A DNA stretch of 64,000 nt from Chara braunii (GCA_003427395.1 BFEA01000025.1:4906224-4970223); one strand, 5' to 3'; positions 47,920 through 62,410 are shown, numbered from the stretch's first letter. Made by a program: numbers and translations. The notes: a model not told the origin generated them from the letters alone.

Positions 47920-48375
47920 ATTCATAGAGCATGACTTCGTCGAGCATCAAACAGAGCATGCATTTAGCAACGAGGTTAATGCTCGGAACTGTTGGACTTG
48001 GACACCCTCAAACCGATGCAAGAAACCTGCAATGATTAAAAGGTCACCATCACTATCATATTCATCGTATTTCACAAAGCACGAGATGGTCGAGAATGAA
48101 ACAGAGCCTGCATTTAGCAAGTGTCTCGGAAACTCTCGAAGCAATGAAAGAAACTTGCAATGGTGGAAAGGTAGGCAACGGTATCGTACTCACAGAGCAC
48201 GGCTTGGTCGAGCATGAAACAGAGCATGCCTTTAGCAATGCGGTTAATGCTCGAACTGTCGGACTCGGACACCGTCGAAGCGATGCAAGAGAGAAGCCTC
48301 GTAATGTTTGCAACTGGGAGTGTATGATCGTAGGACACCCTCGAAGCGAGCATGAAACGGAGCATGCCTTTAGTG
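47920..48375. repeat. Degenerate tandem repeat (gtcgagcatgaaacagagcatgc.tttagcaa) x4
   Basis: Motif recurs at ~47938, 48089, 48207 and 48347. Confidence 0.7.
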
Positions 48376-48604
48376 TACGATTGTATGTGGGTATATGCCC
48401 TTAAATTTGGTGTGAGCCCTCAAAGAATATATATAAACATTATGCAAACATATATTTAGTATTCTAACAATAATATTTTTCAAAAATAACAATATTTTGT
48501 TATTAAAGAAGTTCCATTTATGTAAACTGGATGATAATTGATTAAACAATGTTCAACTTTTGATTTTCAAATAAATATTTCCACACAAGAAAATTAATTT
48601 GTTA

Positions 48605-49066
<462 letters not shown>

Positions 49067-49234
49067 ACTTCACAATCATCATTGATGAAGCACAACAAAT
49101 TTAGATGTGTGCACCCCATGGAACATATAAACTACTAGTTATTTAAGGAAAAAATGTGAAACAGAGAAATTTAGGGCTTCGTCGATGCATGATTGTTTAA
49201 ATGATTCTATGTAACCTTTGCAATGTTTGTTTTG

Positions 49235-49659
49235 TAGTAGGCTGTTTTTCCGGCAGCCCTGGTGCCCGGCCGGGCATGACCCCCGGCCAGGGTTTTGGGC
49301 TGCCCCGGTGCAATAGCAAAGTAAAAAATAAAAATAAACGGAAGTTGAAATATTTCAGAAAAATTAAATGTTGTGTAGAATTGCAATACAAAAAACTTTT
49401 GGTTGATGGTCACATCAGAATTCCTCATTGAACCGGGGATAAAGGAAAGAAAATAACAAAATCACACTGAGGCACACCCCTTTAAACCCCCTTAGCCCCT
49501 TCAAAACAAATTTATACCCCCCTTCCTACCCTTGGATAGCCAACTCTAAAAAAAGGAAAAAAACCTGTATTTGGGGTCATGTGGAAGACTGCAGAAAGAC
49601 AATTTTATTTTTATTTTTTTGCACGCTCGGGTGCCCGGCCGGGCATGAAAATCTTACTA
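49235..49659. mobile_element. Probable MITE (TAGTA...TACTA ends, GCCCGGCCGGGC subterminal motifs)
   Basis: Flanked by GTTTTG direct repeat; TIR imperfect. Confidence 0.5.
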
Positions 49660-50210
49660 GTTTTGTACTCCGGAGCTCGCTGATTTCGTTCGGTGGTCCC
49701 ATGAACAGCCGAACGCATTCATCCATTCGGTCGTGCTGGGACCCATTGTGTTCGGTCCAATGCTGGATTTGGGTCCCCCACAGGCATTCCAATGGTGGAT
49801 TTGGGTCCCCCACAGGCATTTGGCAAATGTCAGTCTCATCAAGTCCTTCAATTCAACAAAAAGGTCAGACACCGTCCAACATTGAACAAACCCGAATAGA
49901 TACCCTTGTGAGGGTGTTTACTCCGACAGGGTATCTTCAAAATAAGTTGTGTGAAAACACGACTCGGATAGTAGCACAAAATGTGAGGCCTTACTCTCTT
50001 GAGGTATGATGTGTCAAAATAAAGGATTGGAATGCTCAAAGAACATTCCAACATCGCCCTTTTGCCTCGTCCTTAAGTGTGATCTTGATCATGGAGGCCC
50101 CATGCTTCCGGTACACAATAGCCCCATATGGTGGGATCACTATACAATAACTTGCGCCAAGAGACAACAAACTCGTTAAGAAAATAAACTGAGAAAAATA
50201 AACTGGTTCA

Positions 50211-51445
50211 GTTGATGCACCGGTTGGAAATGCGCATTGTGGTATGAGGTTGCGGGTTCAAAACTCCGCAGCCTTACTAATGGACAGCGGCAGGGCGTTA
50301 GAATGACGCACAGTTGGACTTACTCCCCTGAGTTGACGCGGGTAAGCTAGTACAGACACTGCTTGCGCACCAACCAAGGGGAAGTCCATGGTTGTTGTAT
50401 GTTGGGTTTGGGTTGTGGGATGTTTGTCTGACACTCTTGGTTCTAGTGGTTCTTTGCGGGCTTGGATGATTGTTAATTTGCCTTCCAGCCCGATATTGTG
50501 TACAAATCGTTCACTTTCCACAGTAGCTCGGTAGGTTCGATAAAAGATTGTATGAATGAGGTCGTGTGTTAAAAACTCGCTTACCTAATGGGAGGCAGGA
50601 CCAATAGACTTACACACCGCCCATAGACTCAGGAACGGCTGATAAGAGTGAGACTTAGTACAGACTGTGGTCGGTGTTGGTAGGTTTTTTAGGGTAAGAT
50701 TAAAGTAGGGGAACCCGTTGCTACCTAGAGATATGGGGGGATCGGCCATCAGACACGAGAGGGGTTAGGATGAGGGTTTCCCTTAGGACAACTCGCTTGT
50801 GGAATTGAAATGTTTGATGAGAGTGAGACTTAGTACAATCCACGGTCGATGTCTGTCTGAACGAGGACCCTACAGAACGCCTGTGGAACGACGAACAGTT
50901 GATGAGAGTGAGACTTAGTACAATTTATGGTCGGTGGTGGTAGGGCTCTTGTATCAATGGGGCTCTCGACAGGATTGGTTGGGTTGCTTGCCTCCTATGT
51001 TCGGTCAACAAACATATAGTAATGACAACAGTGTGCATACGGAACAACCTAACAACAAACAACAGTAACAACAGTTGTGTACACAACGTAGGAACGCAAA
51101 ATAGGTCCACCAGTGGGACTTGTAGTGAAATGTTTGTACCTAGCACCTGACCTATCTGGGCGACAAGGCCCGCACAAATATGTTTCGATCAGGGTTGAGT
51201 AGTGTGTGTTGGACTCAGCTTAGCCCTGCTATGTACAACCACGGTTCGGTCAGGTCAACCAACCCCAAGGCTGGAGGGTGACAATCTTGAGTGGTAGACA
51301 CTAAGGTAGGATAGTGGGAGTAAGAGTGCGCCGAGAGAAAATTACGAAAGCGGCACGTTGGGAGGGAGTCCTATAGGATTAGGGGGCCTCTATGTCTGTA
51401 ATCCAGCCTCTACAACATCCTGGGCTTAAAAAAAAAAAAAAAAAA
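50211..51445 (+). mobile_element. Poly(A)-tailed retro-insert with a tRNA-like head
   Basis: Head cggttgg...ttgtgg...gcgggttcaaaactccgc; tail gcctctacaacatcctgggctt(A)n shared with 47354-47400. Confidence 0.45.
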
Positions 51446-52439
51446 TCATAAAAAAAAAGAAGGTCTGATCACAAATAATTAACCTAGACAAAGTAAATGT
51501 ACATAACGAAAACAACAGTTTTTTACCGAAAATAAATGGAATAAGTCAGTCTAAATCCAACACAAAATAAGAGTCATCCATGAGTTTCTAATACAGAATG
51601 TGAAATCGTTACAAATATTACCACCTTAAAATAATCTTCAAACGATGAAGCGAAGATGCACATCTGCACATATGCATATGCATGTGCACCCTAAATCACA
51701 CTCTAACATAAAAGTGTGTGATTAATAAGAAAAGCTCCGACGCAGAAGCAAAGAGTTATTCAGCGGATAACTCATCAACCACATAGAAAAAACGTGTACT
51801 TCGAAGGCCGGTAGTTAAACCTTGTGGAACCGTTTGAAGAGCAAAAAGAAAAATAAAATACCAAGTAGGCGAAGGTCGTGCACGAAGTTGTGCTCACGCT
51901 AATATTCAAAAAAAAAAATCTAACTACTATTGTGACATGTTTCAGGTTTTTGTTATTCGTGTTTTTTTTTTCTTCTTCTTTTTTGGTGCCCTGTTAGGGA
52001 GGTACGGTGCGGTCCACGGGCTGCTGATACTTTTTGGAGGAGGGCATGCCTGCACTACTACTTTGCAGAATGTACGAATCTGCTTTCCCATCCTAAGTAC
52101 AATTTCAATTTTTATTTTTATTTTTTTCGTGGACTTGACACCCGTACAGTAACGCCCTTACTCACGACATACCTACACAACAACTTTGAGGTAGGTATCT
52201 ACAAGTTATCACGTCCAAAGGGTTTTTTTTTTTTTTTTTTTTTTTTGTGGTTGTGAGAGCGTATTTTTTCGAAAGTTTAACCGTGTTCCCCCCCCCCCCT
52301 TTTTTCACAAGAGCACTAGAAAAGAAATGAAACGGACCCCAAACTCAACAAAACTTATGCGCAACGAAAATAAAGGTTGACAAAAATAGGCTCGGAGGTA
52401 GTGATGGTTAAATGAAATAAAAATCGCAGGAGGTTGTTC

Positions 52440-52512
52440 GTTTGTTTGTTTCCAATGGGATTGGAACTCGGCTCTGTATTTCAATAGTTCCGGGTGTACT
52501 AACAGAATTAGG
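52440..52512 (-). mobile_element. Degenerate tRNA-derived SINE head
   Basis: Reverse complement gttagtacacccggaactattgaaatacagagccgagttccaatcc. Confidence 0.55.
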
Positions 52513-55500
52513 CCCTTCCAATGTCGACCCCAGAACTGGTATCGGCCCCAATCTAAAAACAGAACCAGAGGGTAAATAAATTACTTAATATAAAACAAAA
52601 GTAAAAATAAAAATAATACTAAGGATCATGAAGGAAAGTAATTGATACCCCCTTGGTCCTTGTAGTCGGGCCCGCGCTCGGGTCTACTGAGCCTGCCAGA
52701 GCCTATCGATGAGTCACACAACCACCAGTCTTGAACACTGCGAGCGCGAGGTCGAGAATCCACACCTTGGCTATCGAGCATACCACCCACTACACTTACA
52801 TCCATTTTTTCCTACATGCACGCACATCACCTACCATACTTAGGCGCTATCTACTAATTCTCGACGTGTCTCTCACCCACTTGTCAGGCCTTTCGTGCTC
52901 CGGTCTCACTTAGCTCACGTTGAGGCTACGTTTTAGCTACACAACCCGTCGTCAGCCACAGATGAGGTCATTTGCCTCAAGTGTAGCATAAATAAAACTT
53001 TCAAAAGGTTGCATCCTTATCTCAATCCTCATTACATACACGGCTCATGCGACCTAAAAAAAAGGGCAAAATATCCTTGTAAGGGTATTTGGTCTGACAT
53101 TGGTAGGCAATTGAGATCCCCGACAACGCCACCACCTGTCGTGCGCATCGGTTTTGCACAGGGACCCTCCCGACCGTGTCACGCAGGATTTTGGCATTCG
53201 AGTTGCAAAACATTTTAAGGAGCAGGCCCACTTCGGCCAAGTAGGCCAACTATAGCTCTCACAAGTTCCTACAACATGATAGAACATGCAAGGCATATTT
53301 TAGCTCCATCTGTCAGATTTGTCACTATCCCGAGATGGGCATATCCACCTCGAGCTAATGGTCCACATGCGAGAGCTTCTCGTTCGTCGTGGCATAGGAG
53401 GTACACGAGTCTAACGCCCGAATTGGACCCGTGCGCTTATCTACGCTTGGCATGCTGATCTTTCAAGCACGATTCTATACCAATCGACTAAAACGATTTA
53501 TCTAACCACGCAACGTTCTTACTCAAACACCTTGAATTTGAATACAACTCGTGCCTGTTCCTTTGTATTTTACTCGTCTTATAACTAATTCAATATTGGA
53601 CACTCAAGCATCGTTTACGAGGCTTAGCATAAATAACACAGAGATGTTGACGTTGTGATAACAACTTGTCATTTGTAAAAGCGCCTGCGCTTAGTATGAC
53701 GACATTCTACATGGTGCCCATGACCACACAACCCTCAATGATTTCGAGGGTCGCATTCCACATCCAAACGTCGACAGACATGCATCTTAAGGGGTTATTC
53801 TTATGATGGTAGACAATCATGAATGAGGTTGTGCGTCTTACTCTCTTCTTTAGAGTGGTAAGGGTAACTCTACTAGCAAGAAGTCGTGTGTTGGGATCAG
53901 CGGCACCTCGACCTTCTTGTCTATAATATTTACGTCCCATCAAACAACTCCCAACAAGAAATCTAAATTGTCGCACGCTCGTACGCGGGTAACTCATCAT
54001 AGGCTTTGAGCCTACGTTTTAACGTGCATGTACAACTTGTTCGTCGTAGCATAGGGGGTACGTGAGGCTAACCCCCAAATCGGACTTGTGTGTTTATCGA
54101 CGCTTGGCACACTGATCTCTCAAGCGCGATCATATACCGATCGACTATGATGACTAATCTAACCACGCGATGTTATAATGCACGTGCACGACTTGTTGCG
54201 AGTTTCGTGCGAATGCACGACCCTTCTTATAACAGTCGTGTAAACAAAATGGTTGAATATTTTGGATAGGGGGTTGTGTGACATCAAACGATCACTGTCA
54301 CACTTATTGACATAGCCTGTTCATCAACACTCTTACACAAAACGAGCAATCATTTTGACTCACTCCATCATCTTTCAGTCATACTTGTGACCACATCAAT
54401 TTCAACAACAACATGTCACGCACTAACGCCGTCAACTTTACCGTTCTCTGCAATTCATACCTCATCTTATGCACACAAGCCTCAACCATTTTCAACCTTT
54501 AAAAAAAAAAATACTCGGTCCTTTAGAATGAGCATTTAACAGAAGCATGGGTAAAAAATATCGAGAACATATCAACCCCAAGGGGCTAAGGCTTTAGGTT
54601 GAGACGCAAAAATACCTAAGGTTATGTTGTAAACCGATCAGTTATCAAATGATAACAAAAGATAGGTGATCCTTAACGGATCATGCCGAGACTAATCGAA
54701 CCTTTAGTTAATTGCAAAAGTTGCATTACCGTACAAGTCAAAGAATCATTGCTATGCTTAAAACGAATGCATAACTTACTATATACCGTACTCTAACTCC
54801 TCTACTAACCTTCTTCTTACCCCTTCTTGATTGGTATCAGAGATTTGTGAAAATTTTGGCAACATTCCGCTAGATATGGTGAATTGTCAAAATTTTCACA
54901 AAAAAATAAAAAACAAATCCTAAATTTATTAAACTTTTGACAACACTTCCCTTATGAAAGTAGACTACCAAGATTTTTACTAAGTCATATATAGAATTCA
55001 AGTGCATCTAAGTCCTGGAAAAACAGATTTTTTTTTACTCTTTTAAATTAACAAAAATCTCAGCAACACTTCCTCTTGGAAAGTATAATCTCAAAAATTT
55101 TAGTAAGTCTAATATAAAGTAAGAGTGCAACCTGACTTTGCGAAGGTAAAACTTTGACTAATTCTTTAAATTAATATACATTTTGGCAACACTTTCTCTA
55201 GGAAAGTGCAGATAATTATATAAAACGGAGATATTTAAATAGTTCAGAATGACTAGGGTGGCCTAGTCGTATGCTAAAAAAAAAGAAAAGTTTTTGTGCC
55301 TCGTGTTTGTGTATACTCAATGGCTAAGCTAGACATGTTTCATAAGTTTGGGTGGTCTAGCTTTATGCCCTATGTAAGCTGGGTATAAAGGATAATCATT
55401 AAAAGACTACGAACTATTGTTTGTCCAGGTTGACTTGAGGATGGTGATAGCACTTACTTTTGTGTTTTGTTCTGCATGTGGCTGAGTGAGATCACTACTT

Positions 55501-58139
55501 AGTCTGAGTTTCAGTTGATAGGTAGTTGCTTTAGTTTCTCCCCACGTGCTAAAGCTATAGGAGTTAGTTATAATTCCTCCATTTTCTGGGCTAAGTTTAT
55601 TTGTACTTAGGTCCATTTCTGCATTTTCTGAGATTATTTATTATACATGGTCTTGTATAAATTTTTGTAAGATACTTTCTCTACGGGAAGCGCTGCCGAA
55701 ATTTCTACAAAACCAAAGAGTTAGTCAGATTTTGTCTTTTAAACGTTCAGTTTGTCTGACTTTTTGGCTTAGTAAAAATTTGTAAAACCTCATTTTCTAA
55801 AGGGAATGCTGTCCAAATTTTTGCTACTTCAGCGAGTTAGACAAAATTAGACCTTGAAAAGTCAAAGTCACCTTAGATTCTGAACTTAGCGTTGTATAAA
55901 TTTTGGTAAGCTACTTTCCCTACGGGAAGAGCTGCCGAATTTTTTGCAAATCCAAGAAGTTTGTCAAAATTTGACCGTTCAAAGTTCAACTTGTCTAATT
56001 TTTATATATGGCTTAGTAAAAATCTGGAAAGTTTCATTTTCTAAAGGGAATGTTACCCAAATTTTTGCGAAATCAGGGAGTTGTACAAAATTTGACTTTG
56101 GAAAGTTGAAGATTATTTTTGTTTTCATATTCTGGCTGATATAAATTTTGAGAAAACACTTTTCTTACGGGAAGCGCTGCCGGAATTTTCTTAGATTAGA
56201 AGAGATAGATTATATTTTGGGCAAGTTGCGATCTTGACAATCCACTTTATATGGGGGAGATTTTGCCATGGGTCCACCTTTCTTTGGGTACCGACTTAGA
56301 GATAGACCTAGGTTTGGTTATCAGGAGAGTCTTGAATGAGAATGTGTCATGGGGATTTGTTCTGCATACACTGATGATTTAACTTGGGCATTGAATTGTC
56401 TTATGATACAGGCATTCTTTGGACATTCGATCCAGGATTTGGACGAGATTCTGTTTTTATCCTACGAGGATTATCTTCTGTTATCACTGATAACAAGTCG
56501 GTTGGTTGATCACCGACATGTCGGCTCACGACACAACTTTGCTTACACCTGTACCTCAACTTAATTGCCTTAGCCCTGAGATTTGATATGTTTCTTTGAG
56601 GGTTTTAACCGAACTTCCTTTAAATGACCATTATAAAGAACTTATGAGATTTATGAAAATTTAAACTAAGACTGGGGCTTGAGTGTGTGAGGCGTGGTGT
56701 GAGTTACAGAGAATAATAAAGTTGACCACATTGGTGTATGACAATGTGGCTATCGTTTGTTTTTATGTTTTACGCAGGTAAGTATTTGGAGTTTGGCATA
56801 TGAGTCGTACCTTGGAGACAGTGACAATGACAACCATGTGACGCACGATCTGCATACCTGATGGGTTTATGTTTCCCCTTCTTTTATTTTATCTCGAGAT
56901 CTGATTTGATATATGAGTGTTAGGATGTTTATTTACTTTGATTTCGCTTGTTAATTTTTATAGTTGGACGTTGTTGTATGTGACAGTCGTCAAAGTCAAA
57001 CCCCTTGACTTCTTTCCAGGCCCAGGATGATAGAGTTGGTCTCCAGGGCGATAAGAGACGATTGTCAACACAGGTATGAACCTGTGTACCACCCACTCTC
57101 CGCAGGGGGCAGAAGAGGGTGTGGTTTTCAACCGCACTTGGCGGTTGTCCAGCGTCGAGAGATCGTTCCCTCAAGGCGCGTGTCAACCGACACTTTAGTG
57201 TCAAATGCGGCCCTCGAGATTAACGAGGACTGCATGGGTATGGGTACTATATAGTACACCATCATTGTGACTGCTCGCGTATTTATGCATTGCTAGTCAA
57301 TATGAGAAGACCCTGCGTCTGCGCAGTTCTATACTAAGTCTCGCGCGCGACGCCTATCCGATTTCCTCATTGGAAAGTTATGGGATGACTACTAAGGGAC
57401 TAGGAGTGTTGTCGCGTTGTTTGTTCTGTGTCGTTTTGCGTATGTGTATGTGTGCATGTGTTTATGTTTTATGTTTTTAGAGTGGTGTACGCGTGGCGTG
57501 TGGGATGCGTCCTAGTCGACCGATGACGAGTCGCGCTTGGGACTTCAGCCCCCCAAGCTGTCGGTTCGCGTGCGGATCCGATAGAGGTGTAAAACCGCGC
57601 GTACCCCCTATGCTACACCAAACAAGAAACGCCCTCGGCTGGTCCACCTCTGCGATTGCAACTGATTAGCTTTCGTACTGTGGACTGGTAGCTCGGGGGG
57701 ATACGCCCACCGAAGGGAGGTGGCAGCTCCTGTAAGGTGGAGGAAAGTCGTGCCTCGCGTAAGCCCTATCCTGTCGTAGGGGCTCGCGAGAGGTATGGCT
57801 GGCGCACTCGGCCGGAGCGGCTTGCAGAAGCTCCATGTGTATTCGCGACGAGGATCAGACCGACTCTTGCGTGACGCGGCCGGGAGGGTCCCGCCCTGCC
57901 TTGTGCGGCACCGGACAGATGCGCTCGACAACGTTCTCTCTTTCAAGAAAGCATCTGGGGCGGGGGTTCGTTGCTTTAGGAGCCGACCCTGTTATCGACC
58001 CAGAGTGGACCGTTTCTACGAGGGGGTACTTTGCCGATTCGATGGAGACAGTCCGACTTCTGAGATCCGAGCGTTGTGCTCGGGCGAGGAGGAGGAGTAC
58101 CCCAGAGCACTTCCTAGAGGGAGAGACATGCAATACTTC

Positions 58140-58900
58140 AAGCAATGCACCTGATCAAGAATCATTCACAAAGCCACCCGTCATCAAAAAAATTGAGAAA
58201 TTATGGAGATAAGTGAGAGCGTGTAGAATCTTAAGTTGGCAATAGGTTGAAATGAATGACTTTGGCAGCGCATCTCATCAAGTGAAAATTGCGGCAATAC
58301 GACTACCTTGTCGGCTGCATTGAACTCCCAAAAGGGAGCTCAGGATCACCGGGCACCCAAAGGGTATGTTCATAAAAGGTTTACAAAATTTTGTAGCATG
58401 GAAACAACTCAAATGGGCCGTGTGGGAAAGGCGGTTGAGCGGGAGATAAAAGGAAAAACAATTATGAGTAGGGAAAGGAGGAAACCGAAAAAAAATCGGT
58501 TTTCAAAAGGCACAAATGGTTAACGGGGACCCCCATCTCTCTTGGAAGGAAACGGGAGGAAGAGTCAGGAAATGACCAGTTGGAAACCAGACGGAGTGAG
58601 GGATGTACGAAAATATCGAGAAAAGCTTCACAAAACCAGTTTGAGTAAGGAGTGAGGGAAGAGCGAGAATAAGACAAAAATCGGAGGGGAACTTTTCCAA
58701 CTGGGACGACAAGGAGGCATGAGTTCTCTCGCATACACATAAATAATGTTGATACCAGCAGTTAGGCACCAGAAAAAACCCCCCTGATGAGGTTGGAGCT
58801 GACACCGACCGAAATATTGGTATAGGGGACAACCAACGAGGTAGAGAGGATAGCAACAGAAAAATTGTGGCAAATTTTCTGACAGGATGATCACATGTGG
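58140..58900 (+). mobile_element. Decayed Penelope-like retroelement 3' region (possible RT thumb remnant + hammerhead)
   Basis: Frameshifted peptides DFGSASHQVKIAAI and KRELRITGHPKGMFIKGL resemble the PLE RT thumb (EL..rGyP); hammerhead ~330 nt downstream; boundaries approximate. Confidence 0.5.
58780..58828 (+). ncRNA. Minimal type I hammerhead ribozyme (Penelope-like element type)
   Basis: CCCC-CUGAUGA-GGUUGG agcugaca CCGACC-GAA-AUA uugg UAU-A-GGGG; stem I CCCC/GGGG, 6-bp stem II, short stem III, AUA triplet. Confidence 0.8.
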
Positions 58901-59405
58901 ACACCACATTTCAACCGTTGGAACTGTGTTTATAAACTGTTTGGCGGGGGGGGGGGCATGTGTTCCACCAGAAGTGAAGGAAACCAACGTTGACCAAACA
59001 TTGGGAAAACTGAAACTGGTGTGTCCATTTGTTGGTCCATTTGTTGAAAGAATGTTGGTCCATTTGTTGACCATTTGTTGACAACTTGTTGAAAACTTGT
59101 TGAAGACTTGTGGAGAACGTGTTGAAACGTGTTGAAAACTAGTTGAAACTTGTTAAAAACTTGTTGAAACGTGTAGAAAACTTATTGAAACCTGTTGAAA
59201 ACGTGTTCACCTTTTGTAGAACATTACGTTCTGTGTTGGGGGAAAAAATCGATATTTTTGGCTCATGTCGTCGGTTTTCGCGGTTTCTTCGCAGTCATTT
59301 TCTCCTGCTGCACGATATGATATGGTCTTTCGCAAATGTTAATCGTTGAGTCTTTCAGTACTCCTGACATGCAACGACCACAATAACTGAAGATAAAGAG
59401 AGAGT

Positions 59406-59472
<67 letters not shown>

Positions 59473-59479
59473 GGAAGTA

Positions 59480-59890
59480 GGGTTCACTACTTCGTGACAC
59501 AAATTCACCAACATGGCAGTGCGAGACAAACATTGGCCCGTAGTAGCCATCCTTTGTTTTTGATTGGTGCTAGATTGCGGTATTTCATTTTGCTGATAAC
59601 GCGTGAGGGCGCGTCGATTAAATGTTGAGCTGCCCTGCTACAGGCACGGTTCACTACTGTGTGACACAAATTTACCAACATGGCAGTCCGCGAGAGAGAG
59701 TGACACGCAGTAGCCAACCTTCCTTTTCGAGTTTGTAGGATTGTTGTACTTCATTCTATGGACGAACGCGTGAGGGAGCCTCAATTAAATGCTGAGATGG
59801 CCTGCTACAAGCACGGTTCACTACTGCGTGACACAAATTTAACAACATGGTGGCATGGGAGAGAGAGTGGCACGCACTAGCCAACCTTGC
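59480..59890 (+). repeat. Three ~167-bp tandem units each starting GGTTCACTAC..GTGACACAAATT; inverted copies at ~62647-62659 and 63342-63360
   Basis: cactactgcgtgaca (59819) is the reverse complement of tgtcacgcagtagtg (63343-63357); CACTA-like terminal or subterminal motif. Confidence 0.6.
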
Positions 59891-60041
59891 ATTGAGGACA
59901 ATCACGGATGGTGTTTTTTTCATAACATAGTCGCTCTATGACCAATCACACAAAGATGAGCATTACAAGGGATTGTACAATTGTGTATCATAAATAACAG
60001 ACCATATGTTGTAAAGTGACTGTTCAAGTGTCATGGTTCAG

Positions 60042-60111
<70 letters not shown>

Positions 60112-60351
60112 GGAATGACCNNNNNNNNNNNNNNNNNNNNNNNNNNNNNNNNNNNNNNNNNNNNNNNNNNNNNNNNNNNNNNNNNNNNNNNNNNNNNNNN
60201 NNNNNNNNNNNNNNNNNNNNNNNNNNNNNNNNNNNNNNNNNNNNNNNNNNNNNNNNNNNNNNNNNNNNNNNNNNNNNNNNNNNNNNNNNNNNNNNNNNNN
60301 NNNNNNNNNNNNNNNNNNNNNNNNNNNNNNNNNNNNNNNNNNNNNNNNNNN

Positions 60352-61899
60352 CTGGCGCACAGACTTTCTGTATCCCTCTCCTCGTCTCTGCTTCTCTTAT
60401 GCAGCGGTGCAATGAATTCCGGGTCGAAATCGTTATTGTTGTGTTGTGCGGCCCACTCTTGTGGACAGAGGGCACGCCAGCTCGAAATAGCGCAGCAGCC
60501 TTCTCAGCAACAGATACCGCACGGTCCAGCTTGAAGATCGAAAAACTCATGATTGTATCGCGGCTGCGGACAGATGATGTGATGTCCTGCTTTATAGAGA
60601 CCAATTTTTCTATCTGCTCCGCCGCTCTGATGGTCTTTGTTGTCTGCTCGATTTCACATTGCAGAACCATCTCTGCAAAAGCCATTTGCTGCAGGGTCAC
60701 GCCAAGGTTTACGCCATCCCTCCTCATCTGGAAAACCTTTGTGAGTGTCGTCTTGAAGCAGGAGCGCCCCAAGGATCGTTGCCGCTCCGTCTCCACGTTT
60801 TGTTCTCCTTCATCTCTGCTCGCATCTTGTTGCGAGTAGGGAGCTGGTGATCTGTTTGCTGCGATCGTACAAGTGGGATCCAATTTTCAGCCCATAACCA
60901 ATGTTTTAGTTGCCATGTTATCTCTCCACGCACGGTTGTCATCATTCTGTTGCACTCCCCTATGACTGCGCGAATCCCGCACTCCGCTACGTGTGATCGC
61001 AGTCCTTCCTCGGCGTTCTCCCTTATCAGTTTGACCGTTATTTGCAGCGCCGTGAAGAATTCATCCTCTGTTGGGTACAGGGTTGCGTCCTTTGCTGCTG
61101 AGAACGCAAAGACTTTTGCGACCGTCCGGAACAGTCTGTCCTTCATTTTCTTCGAGAATACGCCGCTTTCTTGATTGCCTTGTTGCTATCCTCCCCTGTT
61201 CCCGCACTCTTTTTTTTGCGAGTTCGTGCCATCTGCTGGAAGACACACATTACAACGCACAAAATAATATTAAGAACTCGGCATTTCGCACCCATTTTCG
61301 CACCTGCCAAATTCGACAGCCGTTTCAACTGTTCGTTCATCACATCGACATTCTCGCATTAAGGAAATGTCATCACTTTGCGCCGTTACCACGTAATCGT
61401 TGTGCAAGAGGAGCAACTTCAACACATTTTGTTTACCTTTTTTAACTGCGTTGTCGTGCCTCACTAGTTGTCTGTCAATGGAGGGCGCGTCGGCTGCGCC
61501 TCCCTCGCCGCCACTTTCGGGTTCCCTCGTGCGTCGCGTTCTTCCCGGAGATGGGGAACTCCCTCTCCCGTCCGCGCTTCTGTCGTCTTCGCCTGCCCTG
61601 TCACCGCCCTCGTCCTGCGTTGTGTTGTCGCTCCTCCTGCTTTCCTCGTCATCAGCGTCGTGGGTGTCGCGAGAATGCCCGTCGGAAGTTTCACTGTCAC
61701 CTCCCTCACCTCCCTCGTCACTTGTTGTCTCGTTCTCCGCCCCGTCAGACTTTTCTGATATGGACTGGTCGTGTTCCTCTTCTGCTTCCTCTCGGGCCCC
61801 GCTGTGCATATCGTCCGAGGCTCTCAGATCGATAATCTCCACCATTCTGTCCTTTTTGTACGTGATTCTCTTCTTTGTCCTGCGGTGCACCTTTGACAT
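60352..61899 (-). CDS. Putative transposon accessory gene (acidic low-complexity segment + helical domain), fragmented or spliced
   Basis: Co-oriented long ORFs 61270-61899, 60724-61146 and 60352-60883 lie between CACTAC motifs, downstream of the transposase fragment. Confidence 0.4.
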
Positions 61900-62370
61900 T
61901 CCGTCTTCCCGCGACCTCTTCTCGGGGGCCTTGGATGGACGGTTCTTGACGCCGCTGACACGGTTCCGTGGGGCAGGAGTCGTAGGGGGTGACTCATTGC
62001 GTTCTTTCAGCTTTAAAATCCCCCTCTGACCTGATGAGAGAGAACTTTTTATCCGTTTTTGCTGCTGCTGGTCCGCTCCGTTTTTGCATTCTGGGATCTG
62101 CTTCTGCGATGCTCTCTCCTTTCTTTTTTCTTATCAGCCTTGCATTTCTTCCTCCCCTTGTCCTTCTTTCCCACGGCCTTCAAGGACCTAACAGATTCTC
62201 GTATTTTGGCTTTGGAGTCATGACCCTTTTTCCCCCACATACATCAAAGTGGAATACGAACAACAACTGACTCTTTTTTCCCCACATACATCAAAGTGGA
62301 ATGCGAACAACAACTGCGTCAACAATGTCGTGCGTCGATCCATACACCCCTGAAGTGTAATGGCCGCATT

Positions 62371-62410
<40 letters not shown>

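Noticed and set aside
50610-50621. TACACACCGCCC, matching the universal SSU rRNA motif
   Set aside because: Only 12 nt; flanks show no rRNA similarity.
54832-54842. TGGTATCAGAG PBS-like site
   Set aside because: Not preceded by an LTR CA end, and no gag/pol follows.
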